DNA from: Candidatus Babeliales bacterium
GTDB taxonomy: Bacteria; Babelota; Babeliae; Babelales; JBFXEV01
Reading direction: 5' to 3'
Length of the DNA stretch: 64,000 nucleotides
Assembly (NCBI GenBank): GCA_050179755.1
Contig: JBFXEV010000001.1
Location: 1,353,994-1,417,993, forward strand
Under the pieces are notes generated by a model that saw only the letters and a list, made by a program, of their open reading frames with translations, searched no databases and had not been told where the DNA came from. This document shows, piece after piece, positions 1 to 9,373 of the stretch. Every line of letters starts with the position of its first letter. The first letter of the stretch is position 1. The translations under genes and the position numbers were made by a program.

Positions 1-149
1 CCCGTAAGATCAAGAATAGGCAAATGTGCTGTATACCGTGCACTAAAAGAGCGATGATCGACTGGCTCTGGTTTGCGAAATGAGTCCATGCATAATACGG
101 TGCTCATCAAGCCAATAAGAAAAATGAAACTCAAGAATCGCTTTTGCAT
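1..149 (-). CDS. Secreted hypothetical protein, N-terminal part (runs off window start)
   Basis: Manual translation from ATG at 149 with GGAG RBS just upstream: MQKRFLSFIFLIGLMSTVLCMDSFRKPEPVDHRSF..., open to window edge; signal-peptide-like N-terminus. Confidence 0.6.
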   Translation of the reverse strand, partial: MQKRFLSFIFLIGLMSTVLCMDSFRKPEPVDHRSFSARYTAHLPILDLT

Positions 150-223
150 CAACTCCACTCCCTACCATAGTGCATAAAGCATACACAAAAGAAATGGGGA
201 ATGGCAACTGGTAGTTAGAAAAA

Positions 224-718
224 CTATTGAGCAACTGCCACCTTTGCAGGTCGCAATACTTCATTACCAATATAATACCCTTTTTGTAATACTTCTATAA
301 TGTCACCAGAAGTATGCTTATCTGAGGGCACATGTGCTACTGCTTCATGAAATAAAGGATCAAAATGCTTAATATCTGTCATTTCCTTTACGTTATGTGA
401 TTGCAATAGTGATGATAATTGTTTATGCAGCACTTGCAGTGCTTGTTGAGGATCTGCTTTTGCTGAAGTTGCGCGGTCGACGTCATCAAGTAATGAGAGT
501 ACGTCTTGAAGCACTTTGCCGGTAATTAATTGTTGCCATTGAATGCGTTCTTTGGCGGTTCGTTTTTTAAAATTGTCATAATCTGCTGCAAGGCGTAGGC
601 ATTTATCTTTCCATTCATCACGCTCTTGAGTGACTTTTTGAAGCTCGGTTTGTTCTTCTTGTAATTCGCTTGCTGCTTGCTCTTCTAGTTCTTGATTTAA
701 TTTAGTTTCGTCTGACAT
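224..718 (-). CDS. grpE: Nucleotide exchange factor GrpE
   Basis: LRLAADYDNFKKR, FDPLFHEAV and LQKGYYIGNEVLRPAKVAV motifs; likely start MSDETK at 718 after AAGGA. Confidence 0.95.
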   Translation of the reverse strand: MSDETKLNQELEEQAASELQEEQTELQKVTQERDEWKDKCLRLAADYDNFKKRTAKERIQWQQLITGKVLQDVLSLLDDVDRATSAKADPQQALQVLHKQLSSLLQSHNVKEMTDIKHFDPLFHEAVAHVPSDKHTSGDIIEVLQKGYYIGNEVLRPAKVAVAQ

Positions 719-823
719 AAAGATCCTTAAAATTTGTGAGTATTGCTTAAAATACGGTATTTTTAGTATAGCAGAGGTTTGGCATGCTACAAAATTAAGT
801 GTCCTAAAAAATATATTTTTCAA

Positions 824-1021
824 TTAAGTTTATGTAGAAATTCCACTGATTTTATATCTTAAAAATCCCTGGTGCCCTTACGCAGGGCGGCGCATGCCTT
901 TTTTTGTGCAAAAAAAGGACGCAAAAAAGCACCAGCGTGCCGCTGGACCATTCCGCGTGAGCGCTGAGCGCTATACTTCACGCGTTTCACGACCAGTATG
1001 CACACAGCGCGCATAGGAACC
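824..1021 (+). repeat. Structured intergenic repeat, copy A (MITE-like or structured RNA)
   Basis: Highly similar to 6301-6495 and 27576-27763; several hairpins with compensatory changes. Confidence 0.85.
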
Positions 1022-1206
1022 ACATTTAAAAATTATAAAATAGCTCCTTGACCGTTTAGCCCGGACTTTTAGCACTTTTTTGCGTTCCGAAAAAGTGCGC
1101 AGGAGGAGGATCTAAACGCCGGATTTTTAAGGACGGCCGTCCTTAATATGCCCTTTTGGTCAAACTGTTTTGGGGCAAGCAAAATAGTTTGTTCTCGCCG
1201 ACGCAA

Positions 1207-1256
1207 GCCCGACGTAGCTTGCCGAGCCCTGAAGGCCCGGATAAGCGAAGGCGGGA
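1207..1256. repeat. REP-like GC-rich palindrome (CG.CGTAGC...GCGAAGGCG type)
   Basis: gcccgacgtagctt...aagcgaaggcggg; same motif at 11531-11556, related at 11465-11490 and 37383-37460. Confidence 0.55.
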
Positions 1257-1418
1257 CAGGCGCTCGTGATATAAGATAAGAATATGAGTGAGCGGCTTTG
1301 AAATAAAAACAATACAATTTCTACATATGCTAGTCATAATTTTAAACCTACGCTTTCTATCTTTTTTTACTAAAATCCGCTATAACTAAGAAGGTTAATT
1401 TGAAAGAAAAGGAACTCG

Positions 1419-2684
1419 TTGAAGTACCGTTTATATAGAAAAATAGTATATATCATCATCTTATTCTGCATGCCACGCACCCACTTTGCATGGGACAACG
1501 CACATTTTTATCGCTCTCCCTATTTCTGGGGTGAACCACGCTATGAACGTAGTAAGCTTTCAACGTGGCAAGCATATTTTGGTTGGTCATTTGCAAAAAA
1601 CGGTAGAAACAGCGATGGCAAAAAAACGAATATTCTTAATATTTACGGCCCCTATAATATGCATAATGTGGGCAGCAATGTAAGCACCCTTGATCCGCAA
1701 AATCCCCTTGACCGTATAGTCATAGACCTGAATAATGTTACCAATGTTTCGCCAACATTTGGCGTATTTAGTTTTGAAGGGAAATTTCATTCATTTGAAA
1801 TATTATTAGAAGCGTATCAAAACATAGTCAGTGGTTTCTTTTTGCACCTCATGCTGCCCATACGAAAACTAAAAATAAACAGTATTCGCTCAAAAGATTT
1901 AACCCCGCGTCGTGAAGAAAATATACCAGTATGGCAAGAATTTAAGCGAAACTTTTCTGCAATTCTTGAACGGCAAAATATAAGTATTGCGCCTTTTAAT
2001 AAAATGGGCCTTGGCGATTTTACCTTTACTGCAGGCTGGGCACGAAATTATGAAAATACTGAAACGTTAGATTTTATAGACATTGATGCGCGGGTTGGTG
2101 TACTTTTCCCCACCGGCGCTCCAAAAAATGAAAATCGAGTATTCAGTTTACCGCTTGGCTATAATAAACATTGGGGTGTACCACTCACGTTTAATGCATC
2201 GCTTGGTATATGGGATTGGTTAACTGCAGGGTTCCATATAAGTGCTTTATTTTTGGTTGATAAAAATATTGATATTCGTATTAAAACCGATACGGTGCAA
2301 AGCGGCCTTATTCGCTTTGCGCTTGAAAATGCTAAAGTTGATCCTGGATCATTGTTAAATCTGCAGCTTTATGCAAAAGCAGATCATGTGACCAATGGTA
2401 TTTCTGCATATCTTGTCTATCACTTTAATTATCGCGAACCAACATCAATCGCTCTTAGAAATGGTTCAACAATTGATAGTGGTGCTGTACGCAGCGATCT
2501 TTCTTACCATAGCTGGCGCATGCATAGTATGCAATTTGGCCTAGAATACGATCATGCAGCGCAATTATCTGATATTGGTCCACGTCTTGGCATATTCTAT
2601 AATCATGTGTTTAAAGGAAAACGCATTTTTGATGCTGATCTTAAATACTCGTATATCGGATTTGATGCTGCATGGTGTTACTGA
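1419..2684 (+). CDS. Secreted hypothetical protein, probable outer-membrane beta-barrel
   Basis: 421-aa ORF with signal peptide, aromatic/Gly-rich amphipathic strands and C-terminal aromatic ending (GFDAAWCY). Confidence 0.6.
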   Translation: MKYRLYRKIVYIIILFCMPRTHFAWDNAHFYRSPYFWGEPRYERSKLSTWQAYFGWSFAKNGRNSDGKKTNILNIYGPYNMHNVGSNVSTLDPQNPLDRIVIDLNNVTNVSPTFGVFSFEGKFHSFEILLEAYQNIVSGFFLHLMLPIRKLKINSIRSKDLTPRREENIPVWQEFKRNFSAILERQNISIAPFNKMGLGDFTFTAGWARNYENTETLDFIDIDARVGVLFPTGAPKNENRVFSLPLGYNKHWGVPLTFNASLGIWDWLTAGFHISALFLVDKNIDIRIKTDTVQSGLIRFALENAKVDPGSLLNLQLYAKADHVTNGISAYLVYHFNYREPTSIALRNGSTIDSGAVRSDLSYHSWRMHSMQFGLEYDHAAQLSDIGPRLGIFYNHVFKGKRIFDADLKYSYIGFDAAWCY

Positions 2685-2685
2685 T

Positions 2686-2704
2686 AAGAGCGTATAACGC
2701 TCTT
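2686..2704. terminator. Hairpin between convergent genes, likely bidirectional terminator
   Basis: AAGAGCGT-ATA-ACGCTCTT perfect inverted repeat. Confidence 0.6.
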
Positions 2705-2707
2705 CTT

Positions 2708-3160
2708 CTATAAGAGGTCTATTACTTGGCTCGTGGCTGTGCGCAGATGCTGCATAAAAGCGCCAAAACTGGCATCGTTATATTGAATATGATCATACTC
2801 AGCACCAATAAGCTGCCACATATTCATAATATATTCACGCATATCATCTTTAATCAAACTTGCATGGGATCCATTATGTAATAAGCCATAGGTCTGCTGA
2901 TCACGCGCAAGCTCTGCACAGGCGTTATATAAATCTAGCCATACGTGCCGTGCCATATCAGCTTCAAACTGCTGCGATTCTAAATCTGTAGAAAGTGACC
3001 ATGCTGAGCGTAATGCATTGAGCGCACGAGAAAGAGATGTTCTGGGGTATAAATTATCAAATGAGAAAGAGATTATGTTTGCTTGCTCTGATGCACAGAA
3101 TACATTCTGAGCATGTATCAAAACTACTACAAATAAGACGTGCTTTATAGAAACTATCAC
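2708..3160 (-). CDS. Secreted hypothetical protein
   Basis: 150-aa ORF with GGGAG RBS and signal-peptide-like N-terminus. Confidence 0.65.
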   Translation of the reverse strand: MIVSIKHVLFVVVLIHAQNVFCASEQANIISFSFDNLYPRTSLSRALNALRSAWSLSTDLESQQFEADMARHVWLDLYNACAELARDQQTYGLLHNGSHASLIKDDMREYIMNMWQLIGAEYDHIQYNDASFGAFMQHLRTATSQVIDLL

Positions 3161-3238
3161 GGCAATCTCCCTTTATTCCCTATTTTAACGATACAGGTTT
3201 TATATTCAGATTGTCAATGATTCAGGTTTTGTTCCAGC

Positions 3239-3277
3239 AAAAAGCCCCAATCACTGCATAAAGCATTAATTGGGGCA
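3239..3277 (-). terminator. Rho-independent terminator of ssb
   Basis: GCCCCAAT...ATTGGGGC followed by a T-run on the minus strand. Confidence 0.7.
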
Positions 3278-3295
3278 CAATATCTTTAATGTAAG

Positions 3296-3829
3296 CTAGA
3301 ATGGAAGATCATCTTGGAACGGCGGCTCATCTTGAAAACTCAATTCACCTGCTGATGGCGCTTGATCATAATTATCAACATTTATCTTAGGAGCAACTTT
3401 TCGTGCTCGAGGCGCTGCAGCCTCTGGCGCCACAGCAACTTTACGTGCAGCAGGAGCTGGGCGAGATTCTTCTTGCGCATCTTCAGATGCTTCACCTTGC
3501 GATGATAAAAACACCACGCGATCTGCTACAATACTATGTTTGCTGCGCGTTTGGCCTTCTGCTGTTTCCCACGTATCAAATTTTAAACGACCTTCAATAA
3601 GTACAGAGCGCCCTTTTTGCAAGTACTGGCGGCAACTTTCTGCTTGTGGTCCAAATACGTCAATATCAATAAAACATACTTCTTGCACCATTGCGCCTGA
3701 TTGTTTATTGCGATATTGACGGTTTGTTGCCAAACCCAAACGAGCAACTGCTTGCCCTGAAGGCAACTGCTTATACTCAGGATCACGAGTTAAATTACCA
3801 ATCATTACTATTCTATTATATCCAGCCAC
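3296..3829 (-). CDS. ssb: Single-stranded DNA-binding protein
   Basis: NRIVMIGNLTRDPE, LQKGRSVLIEGRL and acidic C-terminal DDLPF tail. Confidence 0.97.
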   Translation of the reverse strand: MAGYNRIVMIGNLTRDPEYKQLPSGQAVARLGLATNRQYRNKQSGAMVQEVCFIDIDVFGPQAESCRQYLQKGRSVLIEGRLKFDTWETAEGQTRSKHSIVADRVVFLSSQGEASEDAQEESRPAPAARKVAVAPEAAAPRARKVAPKINVDNYDQAPSAGELSFQDEPPFQDDLPF

Positions 3830-3858
3830 AACGAGCCCTTTCTCTATAAAATTTTTTA

Positions 3859-4230
3859 TTAATATTGTTGTTTAATAACTTCTGTATGATGCGCCAGCCG
3901 CTTGCCCATTGCTGCCAAATCACATTCAATAACTTTTAATGCATCAATTGTTTTATCAAGAGCAAGACGATCTGCATTTGTTAATTTTGACGTTGCTTGC
4001 TGCTCCATAAGCGCTGCCATCATCTGCATAAGTTCTTTTTGCAGTTTGCCCATACCCTCAACAAGTGTTGTTGAATACAATAAGCTATCACCTAGAAGTT
4101 CACCAACCTCTTCTTTAAGCCGCGCTACCGAAACCTTTTTTGGTCGCTTTTCTTTAATAAATTCATTACCTAACATGGTGCCCGCTACCAAACAAATAGA
4201 CAGCACGCTCCAACGCATATAATTGTTCAT
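3859..4230 (-). CDS. Hypothetical helical protein with N-terminal hydrophobic segment
   Basis: 123-aa ORF translationally coupled (ATGA overlap) to the upstream pgsA-like gene. Confidence 0.65.
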   Translation of the reverse strand: MNNYMRWSVLSICLVAGTMLGNEFIKEKRPKKVSVARLKEEVGELLGDSLLYSTTLVEGMGKLQKELMQMMAALMEQQATSKLTNADRLALDKTIDALKVIECDLAAMGKRLAHHTEVIKQQY

Positions 4231-4829
4231 GTTGCTCCTTTCAAAAATTTAAAACCAATCGTGCCATAATGTATAAAAGTCGCAAGAACTAGCATAAATA
4301 ATATACTCAGCATCAGAGAATATGTTTTTACTGGCATCCAATGGAAAAAGTAACAAGTAAATAACCAAAGAATAAAGCACATTTGCACTACAGTGGTCAA
4401 TTTGCCAAGAATGGTAGGCCGAATTTCTAAATTACCTTTAAACTTGTATATAGCAATCGCGCCAAAAACTTGTAATAATTCTTTTGCTAATACAAACCAA
4501 CAAAACCAACGCGGAATGCTAAATAATGGCGTATGCACAAATGCTAACGTAAAAAACACAGAAAGTATAAGTACTTTATCGGCAATCGGATCAAGACATG
4601 CACCAAAGAATGTTCGTTGGTTCCAACGGCGTGCCAAGAAACCATCTAACAAATCGGTAATAGATGCCACCAAAAATAAACCAAATGCTGCACCCCATAA
4701 TTGAAAAGCCATAGCAACAACTATAAAAGGTGTAAGCACTAATCTGAGTATCGTTAATGCAGTAGGGAATGTTATGCGGAATCGCTCTCGCGAGAGCTTG
4801 CGGAGTAATTGAGAAACTGTTTTAGGCAT
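4227..4829 (-). CDS. pgsA: CDP-alcohol phosphatidyltransferase (PgsA-like)
   Basis: TDLLDGFLARRWNQRTFFGACLDPIADK signature; several TM helices. Confidence 0.85.
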   Translation of the reverse strand: MPKTVSQLLRKLSRERFRITFPTALTILRLVLTPFIVVAMAFQLWGAAFGLFLVASITDLLDGFLARRWNQRTFFGACLDPIADKVLILSVFFTLAFVHTPLFSIPRWFCWFVLAKELLQVFGAIAIYKFKGNLEIRPTILGKLTTVVQMCFILWLFTCYFFHWMPVKTYSLMLSILFMLVLATFIHYGTIGFKFLKGAT

Positions 4830-4963
4830 AGTTCACTATCAATGTAATGGGTCATTCACAATAGAGAATACTATATACGGGGAAATTGATTATTGCAAGA
4901 ATAGTACAAAAATATTTTTATAGGTACAACTCATATAACCCGCACACAAAATTTTTTAAAATT

Positions 4964-6025
4964 TTATGTGATTATTCCACCACCCAAACATTGATCACCA
5001 TTATAGAGCACCGCAAATTGCCCTGCGGCAATTCCTTGATCACGTTCTTTGAGTGTAATGAGTGCTGCATTGTCATTATGCACAGAAATTACACATGCAT
5101 GGCGATTTGCGCCATGGCGAAGTTTTATTTCTAGATTATCAAAAGAATTTGGTTTTCCAGAAAGCCAGTTAATATCAACAATCTCAAAATTATTGCGCTC
5201 TTTTTCTTCTGAATAGTATTTAGCCGATATATAGACAATATTCTTTTGGGTATCTTTTGCCACCACATACCAAGGACCATGGGATAAACCTATGCCTTGG
5301 CGTTGGCCAATAGTATAATACCAAAAGCCGTTATGCTTGCCCCATACTTTGCCCGTTTCATATTCCACCAAATCACCAGGAACATCACCCATGTGATGGC
5401 GCACAAAGTCAGCAAATTTAATTTTGCCCAAAAAGCAAATACCTTGGCTATCCTTGCGATCTTTATTGGGCAACTCATACTTTTGGGCAAGTTCACGCAC
5501 TTGAGACTTATTTAAATTACCCAAAGGAAACGTAAGCAGTTTTAATTGTTCTTGCGATAGTCCTGATAAAAAGTAGGTTTGGTCTTTTATATCGTCCGGC
5601 GCTGCATGGAGAGTCACCCTACCATCTTTTTCTTCCACGCGGGCATAATGACCGGTAGCAATTTTATCAAACTTAATGGGATGATTTGCAATAGCTTCAA
5701 AAAAAGCTCCGAACTTTACTCGTTTATTGCACATAATATCAGGGTTTGGCGTTCTGCCGGCTTTAATTTCGGCAATAGTGTAGCTTACCACGCGAGACCA
5801 ATAAGCATCTTGCAAAGATACCACTTCAAGCGGCACCCCTGCTTGCTCACAAACTGCGCGCACAAAGGCCAGATCTTCTTGCCAAGGGCAGTGCCCTAGG
5901 TACGAAAGCTCGTCTTCTAGCCAGATTTTAAGATAAAAGGCAGTGACATTATGCCCCGAATCCTTGAGAAGCCTCAAGGCAACTGAGCTATCTACGCCCC
6001 CAGAAACCAGTACTGCAATATTCAT
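4964..6025 (-). CDS. mnmA: tRNA-specific 2-thiouridylase MnmA
   Basis: SGGVDS PP-loop, TPNPDIMCNKRVKF, ATGHYAR, KDQTYFL, DSQGICF, YTIGQR. Confidence 0.97.
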   Translation of the reverse strand: MNIAVLVSGGVDSSVALRLLKDSGHNVTAFYLKIWLEDELSYLGHCPWQEDLAFVRAVCEQAGVPLEVVSLQDAYWSRVVSYTIAEIKAGRTPNPDIMCNKRVKFGAFFEAIANHPIKFDKIATGHYARVEEKDGRVTLHAAPDDIKDQTYFLSGLSQEQLKLLTFPLGNLNKSQVRELAQKYELPNKDRKDSQGICFLGKIKFADFVRHHMGDVPGDLVEYETGKVWGKHNGFWYYTIGQRQGIGLSHGPWYVVAKDTQKNIVYISAKYYSEEKERNNFEIVDINWLSGKPNSFDNLEIKLRHGANRHACVISVHNDNAALITLKERDQGIAAGQFAVLYNGDQCLGGGIIT

Positions 6026-6051
6026 GTTCTATCCCTAACTCACTTACTATT

Positions 6052-6091
6052 AACCCCGAGTGAATCGCGTAGCGATTAATATCGAGGGGCT
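6052..6091. repeat. REP-like palindrome
   Basis: ccccgag-tgaatcgc-gta-gcgatt-aatatcgagggg imperfect nested hairpin. Confidence 0.4.
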
Positions 6092-6300
6092 CATTATTCA
6101 TATTTTATAATAGCAAATTATTAATTTATTGCCAAAAGTGCATATATAAAGGCTCCATTTTCTTATTGCAACAAATAAAAAATTTACCTATACTAGATAT
6201 GTCTCGTTAAGCCTTGGGTTCATTCTTCATACGATTCGCAACAAAACAAGGCTTTCGAGCATTCCTATCATCTCTGAATGATTTCAATTCCCTACCATTA

Positions 6301-6495
6301 TTAAGCTTATGTAGAAGTGCCACTGACTTTCTGCCTTCATTATCCCTGGTGCCACTGCGCGTGGCGGCGCATGCCTTTTTCATGCGAAAAAGGACGCAAA
6401 AAGCACCAACGTGCCGCTGGACCATTCCGCTCGATCGCTGAGCGCTATACTTCACGTCGTTTCACGACGAAGTATGCACGCAGCGCGTAGGAACC
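6301..6495 (+). repeat. Structured intergenic repeat, copy B
   Basis: Homologous to 824-1021 and 27576-27763. Confidence 0.85.
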
Positions 6496-6651
6496 ATTCA
6501 TAATTTTGTTGTGAGCCAGTTGATATCCATCCACCCACACAACAATACACATAGAAGAATAACAATATGCGACGGCTAGAATTAACCCTGTGGATATTAT
6601 AAGCTGGATGATAAGGTATGGGGATCATTAAGGGATAGCATGCCCTTAATT

Positions 6652-6744
6652 GGTTTTTGCACCCTTTTTGCCACCAAAAAGGCGTGCGCCGCCACGCGGA
6701 GTGGCACCAGTGGTGAAGCATGTAAATTTTCTGTGGAACTTCTA
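6652..6744 (-). repeat. Structured repeat, partial inverted copy D (right arm of a ~440-bp element with long terminal inverted repeats)
   Basis: Reverse complement TAGAAGTTCCACAGA...CTGGTGCCACTCCGCGTGGCGGCGCACGCCTTTTTGGTGGCAAAAAGG matches the 5' half of copy B. Confidence 0.8.
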
Positions 6745-6871
6745 CTTTATTTATAATTATCACAAAATAAGAATATGAGTATGTTACTGCGATGTAAACT
6801 ACTCTTTTCCATATCTTTTGTTACACTTTACCTATACATATGTAAAACTTTAAGCCTAGAAAATTATTCTC

Positions 6872-8518
6872 ATGCAGATAAACCAATTACAAGAAGCCCT
6901 TTTAGCCTTTATTACCGAAGCTTTTTCTGTAACTCCCGAGCAAGGGGCTGGCATTGACTTTACTCTTAACACCGACGAATCAAAACAAGTCTTTGGTGAT
7001 ATAAGTTGCAACGCTGCCATGATCCTTGCAAAACCTCTTGGCAAATCACCGCGCGATATTGCGCAACACATTGCCGCCAATTTCAAGAATGAAAACATTG
7101 CAAAACTCGAAATTGCTGGGCCTGGTTTTTTAAATGTGTTTCTTACCAAAAAAGCATTTGCGTCTATCGCACAAGAACTATTCATCAAAAAAGAAGAATG
7201 CTTTAAACCGATACATTTCACAAAACACCATTATAATTTAGAATTTGTCAGCGCAAACCCTACAGGCCCTTTGCATTTAGGCCACGGGCGAGGCGGCATT
7301 ATTGGTGACGTGCTCGGCAACATTTTGCGCTTTGTAGGTCATTCAGTAACCAAAGAATATTATATTAATGATGCAGGCAATCAAATGGAGCGCTTAGGCC
7401 AATCATTTAAAATTCGTTGCTTACAAGTAATGGGTGAGCAAATGGATATTCCAGAAGACGGCTACCGCGGTGACTATCTTATTGATTTAGCACAAGAATG
7501 TTACACCAAATACGGCACGGCATTGCGCACTGAGCCAGATACCTTTTTTTCTCGATACGCAGAAAAACACATGCTCGAACAGATTAAGCAAACACTTGCT
7601 GCTTACGGCATTTCCTTTGACGTATGGTTTTCTGAACGATCACTCCATGAAGATGGCGCTATAACAAAAGCTATGCAAGTACTGACTGATAACGGTTTTA
7701 CCTATGAACAAGATGGTGCCGTATGGTTCACTTCCCAACAGTTTGGTGATGATAAAGACCGCGTACTCAAAAAATCAGATGGTTCTCTTACCTATGTGGC
7801 AGCAGACATTGCCTACATGCAAAATAAACTTTCTCGTGGTGCTGATAAACTTATTTTAGTTCTTGGCCAAGATCACCACAGCTATGTAGTGCGCTTAAAA
7901 GGCATTTTGCAAGCACTTGGCTATAATGCAAATGATCTTGATGTAATTCTCTATCAACTGGTTACCATCAAGCAAGATGGCGAGCAACTCAGGATGTCCA
8001 AGCGTGCAGGAACTGGCGTAACGCTCCAAGATATTATTGATACGGTTGGTTCAGACGTTGCGCGATTTTTTTATTTAAATCGTAAAGCAGATGCGCATTT
8101 GGATTTTGATCTTGGGCTTGCGCTCAAAAAAACAGAAGAAAACCCCGTTTACTATATTCAATACGCTTATGTGAGAACAAATAGTATTTTGGATAAATCA
8201 CAAGAAGTTGTGGCATTGCGTAACATTACTGCCGATGATGCACACTATCTTGATGATTCAGAACAATTGCTTCTTAAAAAGATACTTTCATTGCAATCGC
8301 TACTTGCTGCAATTGCTGCAAATAATCAAACACATTTGCTCACGTATTATGTGCATGAACTTGCGCAATTATTCCACAAGTATTATGCAAAGAATAAAGT
8401 GATTGATGCTGAAAACATCCCCGCAAGCCGCGGCAGATTGCTGATGGTAAAGCTCGTGCATGATACTATGCATACGTGTTTGACTTTACTTGGCCTCAAT
8501 TTGCCTGAACGGATGTAA
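6872..8518 (+). CDS. argS: Arginine--tRNA ligase
   Basis: EFVSANPTGPLHLGHGRG (HIGH), EYYINDAGNQ, MSKRAG, NPVYYIQYAY. Confidence 0.97.
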   Translation: MQINQLQEALLAFITEAFSVTPEQGAGIDFTLNTDESKQVFGDISCNAAMILAKPLGKSPRDIAQHIAANFKNENIAKLEIAGPGFLNVFLTKKAFASIAQELFIKKEECFKPIHFTKHHYNLEFVSANPTGPLHLGHGRGGIIGDVLGNILRFVGHSVTKEYYINDAGNQMERLGQSFKIRCLQVMGEQMDIPEDGYRGDYLIDLAQECYTKYGTALRTEPDTFFSRYAEKHMLEQIKQTLAAYGISFDVWFSERSLHEDGAITKAMQVLTDNGFTYEQDGAVWFTSQQFGDDKDRVLKKSDGSLTYVAADIAYMQNKLSRGADKLILVLGQDHHSYVVRLKGILQALGYNANDLDVILYQLVTIKQDGEQLRMSKRAGTGVTLQDIIDTVGSDVARFFYLNRKADAHLDFDLGLALKKTEENPVYYIQYAYVRTNSILDKSQEVVALRNITADDAHYLDDSEQLLLKKILSLQSLLAAIAANNQTHLLTYYVHELAQLFHKYYAKNKVIDAENIPASRGRLLMVKLVHDTMHTCLTLLGLNLPERM

Positions 8519-8534
8519 CTCTAAATTGCCTGCC

Positions 8535-8640
8535 TGTTCTACGCCCTTCAACGCATTGCGTTTGCTCAGGGCTTAAACCTGTCTTGAGAAAGGCTGCATC
8601 TTGAGCGAGCTTTACAAGACGAAAGGTCAGGATGAACGAG
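8535..8640. repeat. REP-like element (CCTTC.AC..GCTCAGG.TGA.CG type), degenerate
   Basis: cccttcaac...gctcaggg and tcaggatgaacg; related to 36773-36808. Confidence 0.4.
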
Positions 8641-8698
8641 CAACGACATGTAGTAGTGAAAGAATGTACAAGCAACAACACTTGCACCAAATAAACAT

Positions 8699-9337
8699 TT
8701 ACTCACTCGAAGAAAAAGAATATTCTTCAGATGACCCTGAAACAATATCATCTGCCATAATGAACTCTGGATCAGGTAGCTTTACGCACCAGGCAGTAAC
8801 TGCAGATCTTACAGGAAGCAGTGCACATAATTCGCGTGCCGAATGAAAATCATCTTCAGCATTATGCGCATTCAGCACACGCGCAGCCGCTTCTCGTTTT
8901 TTATTATAAAAAGCACTCAAAAATGCCCCTAGTGAGCGGCCTGAAATTTCATGATCAGAACCAAGAGCTTGAAACCACTTAATATAACTTTGTGTAGTGG
9001 CTTCCAATTCTTGTTCAACATCTTCTTCTCTTTGTGGAGAATACGAGTGATACATATGAGAAACAAGATCTAGCAGCTCAATATATTCATCCAGATAGCC
9101 AGCAAGCTTTTGCCGGTCAATATCAATAATCAGTTTATTCCGATCATAGTCAATGCACAAATCAATCTGCGCAGCGTGGTCTCTTGCATCAGACTGCACG
9201 GTAATATGCTCATTATATACATATCTGCCAGCTGTCAAAATTAACCTTAACTTATTCCCAAGCCGTTCATGGTGCTGCTCCATACCGCATACAATACCCG
9301 GAAGCAGTATGAAGATCGCCATTAATATTCTTTTCAT
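8699..9337 (-). CDS. Secreted hypothetical protein, paralog of 9374-9970
   Basis: Start MKRIL after AAGGA; signal peptide; shares LTAG(R/K)YVY..H....SDA and LP...AV.AW...LP with neighbour. Confidence 0.7.
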   Translation of the reverse strand: MKRILMAIFILLPGIVCGMEQHHERLGNKLRLILTAGRYVYNEHITVQSDARDHAAQIDLCIDYDRNKLIIDIDRQKLAGYLDEYIELLDLVSHMYHSYSPQREEDVEQELEATTQSYIKWFQALGSDHEISGRSLGAFLSAFYNKKREAAARVLNAHNAEDDFHSARELCALLPVRSAVTAWCVKLPDPEFIMADDIVSGSSEEYSFSSSE

Positions 9338-9373
9338 ATCGTCCTTATGCACTCATTTTATCAGATAATGATA

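Noticed and set aside
719..823. N-terminal extensions given by the ORF track for grpE (also tig, PIN-PhoH, yidD and 15975-16043)
   Set aside because: Downstream ATG starts, mostly with a clear RBS, fit family lengths better; the tig extension overlaps the tRNA
824..1021. Riboswitch or T-box interpretation of the repeat (copy B precedes argS)
   Set aside because: Also found between convergent genes and in inverted orientation; no T-box AAGGTGGTACC consensus
1069..1337. Short ORFs over the structured repeats (also 6207-6763, 8496-8751, 37398-37682)
   Set aside because: Spurious frames through GC-rich palindromic elements; no RBS or protein motifs
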